Source: Squalus acanthias (lineage: Eukaryota). Taken from it: 64,000 nucleotides of DNA. The position numbers and the translations under genes were made by a program. The notes beneath the pieces were generated by a model. The model made no database searches. It saw only the letters and a program-made list of their open reading frames with translations, and was not told where the DNA came from. This document shows positions 1-63,807 of this stretch, in pieces; the stretch's first letter is position 1, and the number at the start of each line of letters is the position of its first letter. The stretch is taken from NCBI GenBank assembly GCA_030390025.1, contig CM059447.1, forward strand, positions 18,910,001 through 18,974,000, written 5' to 3'.

Positions 1-1544
1 GTCCCACAAAGTTCAAACAGGTGAACCCAGTGGCATAAAAAAGTAACTAGAAACAGAAACGGAGCAGTGAATTCAAACAGTTCTGCCAAATTCAAAGTTA
101 GTTTGTAACTTAAATTGGGGGAGAGGGAATGTGTTTGTGCCATTACTTTAAACAATGTTAATTTTTAATCTAGAAGAGGTGATTAGTTGGTTACAATGGC
201 TTTGTAATGGCCTGAATGCTGGAAAACTTACAATGTCATATTTTGAACGTGGCCCTTGGTACTCAACTAGCTGATGTACTAAAACAAAATGTTTGGATGC
301 AGTTTTCATGTAGGATATCTAGAATACATTAAAAGTCTTGCAACTAGCATACACTTCCTGTTTGTCAGACTTGGAGGCTCACTATTTTGTCATACATTAG
401 TGTCACACCTCTTTGGCGTGCTATAAATCACTTCAGCGACTACTTCTACTTACCTCTGTTTGGCTGGTTCTTCCAGTGTGACCTCTGGTCCTCTCAGCTA
501 TATTTTCACTGGGTTTTCAACCATCAGATAGTCCGTGCAAGTTCTCAGTCAGGATGAATGTGCAATTTGTTTTTCAGCTAAGTCGACCTTGCCCCCAGGT
601 TCGAAGAGTGTTCAGACATTTTTCATTTGGCTGAGCAGACCTTGTCCCCAGGTTCCTGGCCATGGGGCAGGAACAGTGTTTTTATGGTGTATTCGTATTT
701 CACTAGTTTGGCATTAGTGCAAAACTGCTTTGCACCGATACTAAACCTTGAGTGTAAATCAGATGTGAACATCTTAACTGACTCCAAAGTGGAGTGAGAC
801 TGCCTCCTCTGGGGACTCTTACTGCATTTAATTCCAGTGTCAGGTGGACCCTGACACCAGATTCAGCCTACATATACACTATAACAGCAGCAAAGCGATA
901 CTATAGTTGTAGTGCAAATGCACACTCATTTTTTTTAGCCTTGGCCCCAGAAGAATGTTTTAAAATTTATCATCAACCATTTGATGGCCTGACCACAAGT
1001 TGCTGTGCGGGAACAGAATTTAGATATTTTTTGTCTGTGAATCGTCCTCTCTGCCAGGTTCCCAGCTATGTGTCAGTGGCATCTGACACTGTGTTTAAAA
1101 TTCTGTCTTTGGCCGCGAGGCAGCCTATGCCCCAGCTTCCTGGATGTGAGCCAGGAACAGTGTGTAAAATGTATTGTTTGGTTGTTCAGAATGTCTCCCC
1201 GGAGTGCTGTAAATAGACGTTTGTAAAGCAAACTTTTGTCTTTCTGGTTTTGTAACTATGAAATGCAATGGTTCATTGTCTCGCGTGTGGGGGGGGGGGG
1301 GGGGGGGGATGATGTCATGCTCTGCTGTTTCTGTTTAAGTTGCACTCTGTTGTTTGCATATTTAAATCTCACTCTGGTCTTTCTTAAATCCTGCTCCACT
1401 GCTTCCAAATCCCATTATTCTGTTCCCCCTACCACCACTGCCTTCACATCCTGGTCTCCATTCCCACCCCAGTGCACAAGCAACCCATGCTACCTCCCCA
1501 TTCCACCCCAGTACTGCACCATCCCACAACTTCCTCCACAAGTT

Positions 1545-1974
1545 AGAAGGTTATGGGTTTGAGTCCCACTCCAGAGACTTGAGCACAAAAATCTAGGCTA
1601 ACACTCCAGTGCACTACTGGGGGGAGTGCTGCACTGTCGGAGGTGCCATCTTTCGGATGAGATGTTAAACCGAGGCCCCGTCTGCTCTCTCAGATGGATG
1701 TAAAAGATCCCATGGCACTATTTGGCAGAAGAGCAGGGGAATTATCCCTGGTGTCCTGGCAAATATTTATCCCTCTATCAACATCACCAAAAAAAACAAT
1801 TTTCTGGTCATTATCACATTGCTGTTTGTGGGAGCTTGCTGTGTGCAAATTGGCTGCCGCGTTTCCTACATTACAACAGTGACTACACTTCAAAAAGTAC
1901 TTCATTGACTGTAAAGCGCTTTGGGACGTCTGGCAGTCGTGAAAGGCACTATATAAATGCAAGTCTTTCTTTTT
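1545..1974 (+). mobile_element. Deu-domain SINE (SacSINE1-like), near full length
   Basis: B-box-like GGGTTTGAGTCCC, Deu core (CGGATGAGATGTTAAACCGAGGCCCCGTCTG...GATCCCATGGCACTATT), L2-type tail ending TATATAAATGCAAGTCTTTCTTT. Confidence 0.85.
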
Positions 1975-2621
1975 CAATACGCCCAGAGCCCCAACTCGTC
2001 TCCGTTATTTCAGATTCCATTCTCCCAATACACTTCTCCCACACTCCAGTACCAGCTCCCCTCCAACTATCACAGACTCACACATCACTGCCATATCCTG
2101 TACCATACTGAAAAATACCTTTCCTATTTCTCCCACTCCTGTAAACCCCCTCCCAAATCCCAAGATTCCTCTCCCAGTACTTATAAAAATATTTTTTCAA
2201 ACTTTCCTCCATACATTTTCTTTCACTGTTTTCTTCATTTCATTACTCTCCCTCCGAGCTTTCCACTCAAATCTGATCCCACCAACGTCTTTACTGCTCA
2301 CCACTCACCATCTCCAAACTCTACAACCCCTACTTTCCTTCCAAATTCTTTCACCATTCCCTGTCACTGAACCGTCAGCTCTCCACAGCCTATTGTTCCC
2401 TCCTTATGTTTTTATACCCCCTCCGCCTGTCACATATCCAGCTTCACACTCATAACAAATCCCAATGCAAACCCACTTTTACAAATCCACCAAAATAAAC
2501 ACAACTTTCTGGCCGCCACACAAATACAAAATTCTATAAATATATTTAGTTTACAAATATAAACAAAATAAGCTGAATATACACTAGTCGATCACCTGTG
2601 ACATTGTATACATGTTGGGGG

Positions 2622-4270
2622 AATGCAGAGTTCTCGGAGGGTTGTAGGTCTAGAGGAGGTTACAGAGATAGGGAGGGGCAAGGTCATGAAGGGATTTGAG
2701 CACAGGGTTGAGAATTTAAAAAAGCATGTGTTGGTCAACCGGGAGCCAATGTAGGTCTGCAAAGACAGGAGTCTTTGCAGTGAGCGGGACTTGGTACAGG
2801 TTAGGATATGAGTAGTAGAGTTTTGGATGACCTCAAGTTTATGCAGGGTGGAGGATGGGAGGCCAGCCAGGAGAGCATTGGAACAGTCAAGTCTGGAGGT
2901 GACAAAAGCAAGGAAACAGATTTCAGCAGTGGATAGGCTGAGGCAGGGGCAGAGACGGGTGATGTTATGGAGGTGGAAGTAGGCGGTCTTTGTAATGGAG
3001 AGGATATGGGGTCGGAAGCTTAGCTTGTGGTCAAATAGGACAGCGAGGTTGTGAACAGTCTATTTCAGCCTGAGACAGTGGCTGGGGAGGGGAAATGGAA
3101 GCAGTGTAAAGGGAATGGAGTTTGTGGTGATGGCTGAAGACAAGGTCTTCCCAGTGTTTAACTGAAGGAAATTTTGGCTCATCCAGGACTGGATGTTGGA
3201 CAAGCAGGCTGACAACACAGAGGCAGTGGAAGGGTTGAGAGAGGTGGTGGAGCTGAGTGTCATCAGCGTGCATGTGGAACCTGAAATCATATCTTTGAAT
3301 GATGTCACTGAGGGGCAGCATATAGATGAGGAATAGGAGGGTGCTATGGATAGATGCTTGGTGGACTGCAGAGGTAACAGTGCAGGTGCAGGAAGAGAAG
3401 CCATTGCTAGAGATTCTGTAGCTACGATTGGATAGGTAAGAGTGGAACCAAGCGAGGGCAGCCCCACTCAGCTGGACAATGGAGGAGAGGCATTGGAGGC
3501 GGATGGTGTGGTCAACTGTGTCAAAGGCTGCAAATAGGTCAAGGACAAGGAGGGATAGTCACAATCACAGAGGATGTAATTTGTGACTTTGAATAAGGTA
3601 CATGATTGAGAGGTGACAAATTCAAGGACTGGAGAGGAAAGGGAGATTAGAGTTGAGGCAGTAGTTTGCAAGGACAGAGTTCAAGAGTGGTTTTTTTTAA
3701 GGAGGGGGGTGATGACGGCAGTTTTCAAAGGGAGGGGGACAGTACCTGAGAAGAGGGAACTGTTTACAATGTCAGCTAGCATAGGTGCCAGGTTGTTGGG
3801 TGGTCAGTAATTTAGTGAGAACAGGGTCGAGAGAGCAGGAGGTGGGTTCGTGAACAAGATGAGCTCAGAGAAGGCATGAGGGGAGATATGAGATAAACGA
3901 GAGAAGGACGCAGTTTTAGGGCTAAGGAAGGGGGGAACCTTGGGGGAAATTTGGTTTGGTGGGCAAGGTGAAGGGGGGGGGGGGAATGCGGCAGAGGTAG
4001 CTGAATGGATGGTATCAATCTTAGTGACAAAGAAGTCCATGAGCGCCTCACACTTGTTGGAGGTGAGGATGGAGAGGGATGCATAGAGTGGTTTAAGACA
4101 TTTGGCAGTGGAGAAAAGCTGGGGGTTATCTTTGCGTTCTAGGATAATCCTAGAATAGTGAACCGTTTTGGCAGAGGCGAGCAGGGCTCGATAATGCTCG
4201 ATGTGGTCCAGACAGACCCCGCGATAAATGGCTAAACCAGTAATGTGCCAAAATACGTTCAAGTCTGCAC
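2622..4270 (-). mobile_element. L2-clade LINE, degenerate ORF2/RT fragment
   Basis: Minus-strand frames give FHMHADDTQL, WMSQNFLQLNTGKT and FFVTKIDTIHS, with frameshifts. Confidence 0.9.
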
Positions 4271-4925
4271 TGCTTTTTAAACCATATAACATCTGGAAAA
4301 ATGATTTGCAGTAAAACTGAAATGCAAACTCTTATAAGGTAGAGAAGCCAGATCTGGATTTCTGTATTTACTGAGTAATTAAAATACATTTTTCATCCTG
4401 GTTTATATTCCACTTTGGTCCAATAATATATTGGGGACAGTTTGCAAATATACACATTTATTCAAGCATACTCTTCTTCGGCACTTACCACTTCTCTGTA
4501 TAAAGTCAAAGAAAAATTACCAAACTGTATTAGTTTATACAGGTCCATTTCATCCCCAATCTCCTTAGTCTTCACAATACTTCCTTCTTATTTAAGTTTA
4601 GTTTTTTACATTATTTTTCTTTGCTTTAATTTTCATGTAGGGTATTCAGTTCAGAGCTTGGGACATCCCAGCACCTCCACGATTGTTGTCAATATTCATT
4701 AGCCAACAGAAAATAGGCTTGTAGTGAGGTGGACATCTGTTTTTCATCCATTAGGTGGAAGACCCTGCTTCTGAGAAGCACTCCATCTAGTGTACCATCG
4801 GAGAACTGGACAAAACTCAAATTTGCCTTTATTATATATAGTAAGAACACAAAATAAATTGGAATCTGAAATGTCCATTGAACCCATCAAAGCTTGGAGT
4901 TTGCCCTATCATAGACTCTGACCTA

Positions 4926-5477
4926 AAAACAGAAAATGCTGGAAATACTCAGCAGGTCAGGCAGCATCAGTGGAGAGAGAAACAGAGTTAACATTTCAGG
5001 TCGATGACCCTTCATCAGAACTGGAAAAAGCTGGAGATGTAACAGATTTTAAGCAAGTGTAGGGGCAGGGAAAGGGGGGAGAGGAAGAAAGAACAAAAGG
5101 GAAGGTCTGTGATAGGATGGAAGGCAGGAGAGATTAAGAGATGGTGCAAGGCAAAAGGAGATGGTAATGGGACAAGTTAAGAAACAAAAGATGGCTCTAG
5201 ATGAAGTGTAAATGGCACTGGCAGAATGAAAGACAGCTGCCATGTGGGATAGAGAAAAAAATAATAAGAAATAAATAAAATAAAAAAGGGAAAAAAAAGA
5301 TAGGGGCAGAGGTTATGGTCTGAAATTGTTGAACTCCAGAAGGCTGTAAAGTGCCTAATCGAAAGATGAGGTGCTGTTCCTCGAGCTTCATTGGAACAGT
5401 GTAAGAGGCCGAGGACGGTGAGGTCTGAGTGGGAGTGGAGTGGAGAATTAAAGTGACAGGCGAGTTCGCCTGTCCGG
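4926..5477 (-). mobile_element. Penelope-like element, 3' fragment with 14-bp TSD
   Basis: TSD TAGACTCTGACCTA at 4912-4925 and 5478-5491; GIY-YIG C-terminal peptide KLEEQHLIFRLGTLQPSG; hammerhead-like motif at 4986-5022. Confidence 0.88.
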
Positions 5478-6424
5478 TAGACTCTGACCTACTTATTTAA
5501 TCTGAAGGATGCAATGAAGCTTTCAAGAAGTTAAGGCTTTGTGAAATTTCTCACTGACTTCAATAAACCTAGCAAACTCCAGAATATCAGTCTAACCTGA
5601 CAACCTACATCATTCAGCCCTGGCCAACAGAATTCTACAGATGCCATTTCTATGTCCCCAGAAGTGGATTTTCCCTGGGGAAGGGTGTGTGACAAATTTC
5701 ATATGTGCCACTAACTACTTATTTTTATTTCTGTTCCTGGATCAATAGTGGCATACAACTACTTTAAAATTGACACATTTAGATGACTACACTTCAAAAG
5801 TAATTCATTAGCTGCAAAGTGCTTTGAGACGCCCTGACACAGTGTCAAGGGCCCCCTGTCCCAACTTCTGAAAGATAGTGTCAGCTATCCAAAGGAAAAC
5901 AACAGGATCATTGTAGAGCAATAGCAAAATACATTGAGAAAATGTTTTCAAAAGTATAGGTCGACAAGTACAAAAAGAAATCTAACGGCAGAGTTCTGAT
6001 TACTCCACTGACCTCTTGGGATACTCTCACTTACCCATTGAGTTATAAACTTATGCTGATGTGAACGAGAACCAGTTATAGGCCCTTTATAATTGGCAAC
6101 CTGATATTTTCTGAAATCGTTTCAAATCCGCTTTTATTTGATCACATTTAGATTGCGTGTACAATGCTGAAATCGCAAAATTGATAATGCAGGTTTACCA
6201 CCTGCTAACCCTATGCAAAAATTAAAGTTGCTGCGCCGCCATATTTGTGCGGGGCAGAGAGGTCCTCGCCATTCGAGCCCACGCACAAGTTTTTCAGGGA
6301 CGAACGACGTCACGACGCGATTTCCTCCCCCCGACTCGTCAGTTTGACCTTTCACCCCAGCGATGAGAGTGCCCGGATGCGGAGCTGCTCTGTGGCTGCT
6401 GAGAGTTGCTGAATGAGGGAGAAG

Positions 6425-57260
<50,836 letters not shown>

Positions 57261-59100
57261 AGAGATAAAGACCCTGTTAAAGAAGAACCAGCGCTGTGTG
57301 CTTCGCCTTCCACAGTTCTGTCAACAAAGAACTGCTTTTTGGCTTTAAAGAAATTCAAACAATTGTAGAAGTGAACCTCTATCCTGCTGTTTTTGAGGGC
57401 ACGAAGAAAGTTTTGTTGTTTAAGTTAAACAAAAAATCCTTTGGATTAAAGAGGAAGATGAACTGTGTGCCACAGGATCCAAATCTTTACTTAAAAACAT
57501 TTTTTTAATTATTTGCAGGATCCTAATTGTGATATCTGTGGGAGAGCTCTGAACAGTCGAGTGGCAAGGTTTTAGTTTCTACAAAACTGTGAAGAGTGAT
57601 GGAATAATAAATGGAGGATATTGTACCAGTGAATGCGTTACTGTTAGTTCATGAGTGGTAAAGGCCCATGACTATGGAATGGAGCAAATATAAATGGGTT
57701 ATGGGAGCCTCTCGCACAAGGAAAGCAAAAGCAGTGACTATGATTGGTGCGATATTCTATTCATTCTAGAGGCATTGTTGAAAAGTGCTTTTAAAGACTT
57801 GTCACAGTGGTGTAAAGTAATAATTACACTGAGTTTTATTAAAAATTCTCTCTTTTTCATAATTTTTAAAATTCTTCCTTTCCACTGCCACATTTTTTCC
57901 TTCAGCCAAGAGGGTGGGGTGGCTGTGCCATAAATTCTTGCATGGCTACCGTTGGTGCTGCTTTGTAATTGGTTGATGAAATGTGTACTTCTATGGGTAG
58001 ACCTAGAAACATGTTTCCTCTTTGCCTGCCCCTGCCCCCTCTCTCCCCCCCCCCCCCCCCCCCCCCACTTCCCCATTGCTGCCTGGTAATGTTTCATAAC
58101 CCAGTGAGAATTGACCTAACTCTTTAATAAAGGATACCAAGTTCAACTGTCAGTCAAGGCTGGAATTCAAATATACAACCATCTGGTATTCAAGTAATCG
58201 ACTGCTAAAGCATCAGGGCTGTCCTGAATTATCCATTTGAATTTCACTAGTTGTCAGTTTGCAACACTTTTCAACAATGCCCATGGAAAGAAATGTTCCC
58301 TTTTGTCATTATTCTAAATGTTATTGACTGGTGTCTCTAATTTTCCCATGAAAATATATGATGTCATAGTTGATGATCAGTAATTGGTTGTTAGATTGCT
58401 ACAGTAATTGTTGGCTCAATCTTATGAGTATTAAAAAGACCCATACAATATTAGTATGAATTCTCCATTAGTTTAAACTTTAATGCTCTGTATGTATGAT
58501 ACAAATTCTTCAACTCTGGCATCACTCCCAAGCAACATTCAAAATAAAAGTATGGTTTATTTTATTTAATAAAAAGGAAATTTAATTACAATTTTGCAGT
58601 AGTAGTGAAACACAAAAATAGAAATATAGAGAATATATAGAGAGAATGTCTTACTATTAACAGTGAGTTGCAGGTTTTTTTTAACAAGTGTGAAAGATAG
58701 TAACATGGGAGTGCTGATGGGACTTGAGTTGCTTCTTTAACACAAGTGAATCTTTGGAACTCACTGTTATCTGTGAGAGATTTGGTTTCTTCTTTGGGTG
58801 TGCATTGACTTGTGGAATTTCAAACTCTTCAAACTGCTCCTGAAGCACTGCATTTGCAATTTATTGTTTTCAGTTTTGACTTCTGTAAATTATCTTTAGA
58901 ACACACCCACAGAATAAACACATCACCAGCAAAGAGGAAAGCTTTGTCCCTTGATCTTTTAACTGTTCTGTTTATGGGCAATACAGTAACTAGTTTCACT
59001 TTTTTTGTTCCTGTATGTTCCTTTTTAATTGTACAAACTGTGTGATGAGGACTGACGCATTGTCATGTCAGAATAAAAGAAATGGTATTTCTTGTTACAG
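57261..59100 (+). terminator. GPS1 3' UTR with candidate polyadenylation signals
   Basis: AATAAA at 57606, 58126, 58543, 58568, 58913 and 59072. The 59072 signal has an upstream TGTA (~59030) and U/GU-rich downstream sequence. No recognisable TE in the interval. Confidence 0.55.
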
Positions 59101-62100
59101 CTGTAATAGATTACACATCAACAATACAATGTTTTCCACACCAATTTAGAATCAAATTTTGTAATTATATGAAAAACATTAAATAGTTATGGAGGCCTAG
59201 CTACCATTTTAAACAACTGAGGCAGTTGTCTGAAGTCAAGCTTATTTGCCCTTTAGAACTGGACAAAAGCACAAATAATTACCACGCTTTAATTGTTATC
59301 TTGATGGCTATCCAGTTACAATTACAGTTCCTGGGACTGATTGGCAGTCCGTGTACTGTTTTGCTTTCCTCCCTCTGTGTTGGGACATAGATGATGAAAT
59401 CCTCATCTCTCGCGTGGGAGGGATGGGCAGTGTTAGATGCAACAGTGCCATTCCACCTCTTGGACCTGGGATTGCCCCCATCTCAGACAGGAAATTAAAG
59501 TATCTTCTCTTTTCCTTCCACCCAAAATTGCAGCTATGTCAAGTTACATGGTACTGCATTGTGTAAATGGCATGGAGTAAATTGACAAAGTAGAGATTTA
59601 ACCCGTGCAGCCCAAATTTTAAACTGCTACAGCTGTTTGATTTGATCTTTGGCAGAATAAACTCTTCACTGCATTGAGATCAAATTAGTTGCTATGTAGA
59701 GTCTTGGATGAATATTTCATATACTTGCAGAGTGTCACGTTGATAAGCCAGGAAATGGTTTGAAAAGATGAGCAGAAATTCATTGTTAAAACATGATTGT
59801 TTCTTTTCAAGGCTTTGTATTTGACAAATGTTAGTTTCTGTTGACAGCACAGAAACATCTGCTAATTGGCAACTAATAAGGAGAAATCCAGTGTTACTTG
59901 AGGCTTCTTGCATAACTACTAAAATCGGCCCTTTCTCTTGTTGAAATTTAACATAGGACCCTCCAGTATTTGGTACGGTTTTCATTATATTTTCTTATAC
60001 ATTAGTGCACGATATTTAAAATGTATGAGTGTTTACATCGGGATTATTTTGAATTTGTTTTAAAACGGATCAAACAAATATAAAGCCAGATTTACCTCAA
60101 TATCAAGTGTTCATCCTTTGTCCCAGTTTTTCCATGACTCACCCTGTAAGTGTTGAGGAGTAAAGCTTTTCCAGTCTCAGATTTGGTCTTCTCTGCATGG
60201 AATCTGCTGGGGCACACATTGTACATGTGAACACAGGGTGAGTTTCAGTGAGCCATTCACGTAGAATAAACAGGATTCACAATAACAGATTTCCTTCTAT
60301 AGGACAATTGAGTAAATACACAATCAGTAAATCCAAAAACATTTTCTCTCTGGTCATTATATTCCTGTTAATTTATTAGTTTAAACATGTAAGTTCAACT
60401 TACCAACTCAAGCTTTAGATATCGGTAGTCTTTGTGTTCAATGACTATTGCAGAAGATTGAAGTTTATGTTAATCTTTCATTAAATTTCAGTGTACAAGA
60501 AATTGTGCATCAGAAAATCTTACTAATATTTGACTGAATTTCCTGATAGATATTGATATGTGAATAAAAATGTGGCAAATGCATATTTAACAAACTGACC
60601 AAATAAATATGGCTGGGAATTAATTGGCCCAGCTTTTTAAAAAATGTGTTCTCATCTCACACTAATTAACAACAAACCCATCAAAAGGAATAACTTTCTC
60701 TATTTGGTGACTCTAAATGTTGACAAGTCAAATAAGACTGAATAGTTGGATTTGAGCTAGCTGTATCTCATTAGGGTGAAATCATAACCTTACCTTTGTG
60801 TTATGCAGAACAATGCTTCCCACTTAGGTTCGTGTTTTTAAATCTTGAAACTTTTTTGTTCTGTCTTATCTTTCATCCCGAAATAGATTTTAATCAGTTT
60901 TGTGCGTCTGTTTTTGGAGATGGATAGGGAAAGACAGAAATAAAGAAATGTTTATCAGTAGTGGAGGGAGATTGGAAGTTTCAGAGCAGGCTTCATACCT
61001 AGAAAAGTGGTACTTTTTATGCTGTTCTTTGGGAGTTGAATGAAATTAACATTCTTCCTCATATTAATTCTCCACATGCCTCCAGATAAGGAGAAAATAG
61101 CTAGAACAGCATGCTTCAGGATTTTATAAAGTACGAAGCCATATGATCTTCTGATTCCTTCCTGCTAGAGTCCTCACATATCAATCTTTAGTTCTTTTTT
61201 TGACCTCTTCGTTGTAGCTATGATCTCCCAGTAAGAGTTCTAGAAAAATTGAAGTGCAAGATCATCCTCATCTTGACTCCCATCAAAGTTTCGGCATTGA
61301 TGTAATTATTTTCTTACTGGAATGATTTATTGTTAATATTAAAAGTGCTGTAGTACAGCTGACATCCACCTAATCATTTTTTTTTTCCAATTCCTACTTT
61401 GTGATGCCTTGCTCAGATGACTTTGTTCACTGAAGTTCTGTTTACCAGAAGTTAGTCATCAATTCTGGGCCTACAATCCAAATGAAAAAGGAAGTACAGT
61501 TACTTCAGTTGAGAAAGAGAATTGCTTAGCGCAAGAAGATGTGCACTATGGCAGGACCAGTCCATTTTATTAGACCCAAGCACGGTATTATCTTGTATGA
61601 CTGGGGTGACGATATCAGGCTCTTTCACAATATGGCAGTGTTTCTCCATGTGCCCTAAAAGTTTGGCATTGCCAGAATTGCAATATGCTGCTGGCCCAGA
61701 TGCCTTTAAGTGATCCAGGAGAGCACTTCTTCCAAAGTTGTCCCCACTAGCGCCTTGGTCAGTCATGTCTGCTAATGCAGGGTCTGCTGTTGCGACTTAC
61801 TTAGACCAGAAATAATAAAGGTTATGAGTGATCCTGAATACTCGGGTTCCCATGGAGTCTTTCAGATAGGATACTCCTAGATAATCTGGAGCTAGAATTA
61901 AATCTTGGAAATCCTTGGATTATATCTCACTCCCTACCCCAGTGAAATCCCCCATCATGGAAGGATTGTACTTCAGTGTTGATATATTAAAATTATAGCA
62001 TCCCATGCAATTGTTTTGATCCAACTAATAATGACCCGCTGTTTCGCATTTTATTCTTGAAGCACCAAAGGTGCTAAGTCAGAGGAGCCCTTTATGAGAA

Positions 62101-62794
62101 AGGACAGAGAATAGGGGGTTGATGTACTGACCCTACTCATACTCGAACACTTGGCCAGATGGCTTTCGATGAGGTTATGCCCAAATTGCATCTGCTTTGA
62201 TGTATCCTAACTTTCTGTTCCTAAAGTTACATGTCTAATATATATAAGTTACGCACTTCGATGTATTTTATGGAATTTCTTCTGCAACCATTTAGAAGGG
62301 TCTAAATTTCAGTTATTCAAAGATCAGCAGGTCTCAGTTGATCTATTGATGGTAGTCTGGTGATGGACAATTATTTTAAGAAATGGCCATAAAAATTATA
62401 GATATTTGTGTCATAAACAGTAAGTGAATTTGATCTCTGATCATTGCACAGTATTACAATGGATGGTGGACTGACACAATGGTACAGCTCATTTTCAAGG
62501 GGAAATGGGAGGGAGGTTACAAGAACAAAGTGAGTATAGATACTATTTTTATCAGGTTCTCAAAAGCACCATTAAATGCAAATTGAATGCACCATTAAAA
62601 ATATCCTTAACGGCACTTTAATTGTATGTGACAATACTGGCAGTTTTCTGTATCTCACAAAAACAGATGCCTTTTGATGCATTCAAAATGAGTAAGTTTA
62701 AATCATTTTTAAATCACTTTCAATGGAGCACTTGCTTAAAGCATCACAAAAATCCTAAATGTTACCTTTTACAGAAATAAAACATTTTTTGTGG

Positions 62795-63805
62795 TGTATA
62801 GCACTTTTAAAGTAGGACACTTTACAGGAGCGTTATCCAACTAAATTTGACACCGAGCCACATAAAGAGATATTAGGACAGGTGACCAAAACCTTGGTCA
62901 CAGAGGTAAGTTTTAAGAAGTGACTTAAAGGAGGAGAGGTTTAGGGAGGGACGGCACAGCTGCCAGTGGTGCAGTGAAGAAAATCAGGGATGTGCAAGAG
63001 AATAAAATTAGTTAATATTTTTACGGTAAAGTGGTTTCTATTTTGTGATAGCCCAGTTGACTACTGGAATACATCACCAGGTGCCTCCCTTTACAGGAAG
63101 AATGCCTGAAACAACTTGTATTTGTCTAGTGTCTTTAATCTAGGTAACTATCCCAAGACGCTTCAGAGGGAAAAATAAAGGAATAAAATATACACTATGG
63201 TGAGAGAATTAGGAGAGATGACTGAAAAATTGGTTGAAAATACGGGGTTTTAGGAAGGCTTCTCAAGATATAGAGGAGTTTAGGGAGGAAGTTCCAGAAA
63301 GTGGGACTGAAGTGACTGGCAGTTTTGCCATCATTAGTCGGGTGAGGCCATATAGCGATTGGAGGATGAGGAAATTCAATACATTGGGTGACAGAAAGGC
63401 AGTGTAGATCAGCGAAGATAGGAGAAATTGGTGAGTGGGACAATGCAGGATGCCATATAGGTAGCTGAGTTTTGAACAAGCAGGAGTTTCTGGAGGGTGA
63501 AGCATGGGAGGCTGGCCTAAAGGTAACTAAAGCGCGGCTAAGAAGTATTAATGCCAGTGGGGGTGAGGTACGGGCAGAGGCAGTCTTGGTGATGGATAGG
63601 ATGTGGGATTTGAAACTTAACTCCGGGTTGAGCAGGACGTTAAGGATTCGCATGGCCCAATTTAACCTGAGCAAGTGGTTGAGGAGGGGAATGGAATGAG
63701 TAGCAAAGGAGCAGAGTTTATAGTAGGGGCTAAAAATATCAGCATTGGTCTTTCCAATCTTCAGTTGGAGCAAATGTTGACTCTTCCATGACTTAGTATT
63801 GGTCA
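62795..63805 (-). mobile_element. L2 LINE 3' fragments
   Basis: TTTACAGGAGCGTTATC...GACACCGAGCCAC homologous to 15000-15045; LQLKIGKT..LNPELSFKSHILSITKTA on the minus strand. Confidence 0.8.
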
Positions 63806-63807
63806 TG

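Noticed and set aside
585-655. 18-nt direct repeat GACCTTG(C/T)CCCCAGGTTC spaced 53 nt apart, as a CRISPR-like array
   Set aside because: Only two units, vertebrate context, no cas genes.
1-6200. RFNG coding exons upstream (human synteny)
   Set aside because: No fringe-like peptide recognised; the minus-strand segment 454-720 has stops in all three frames.
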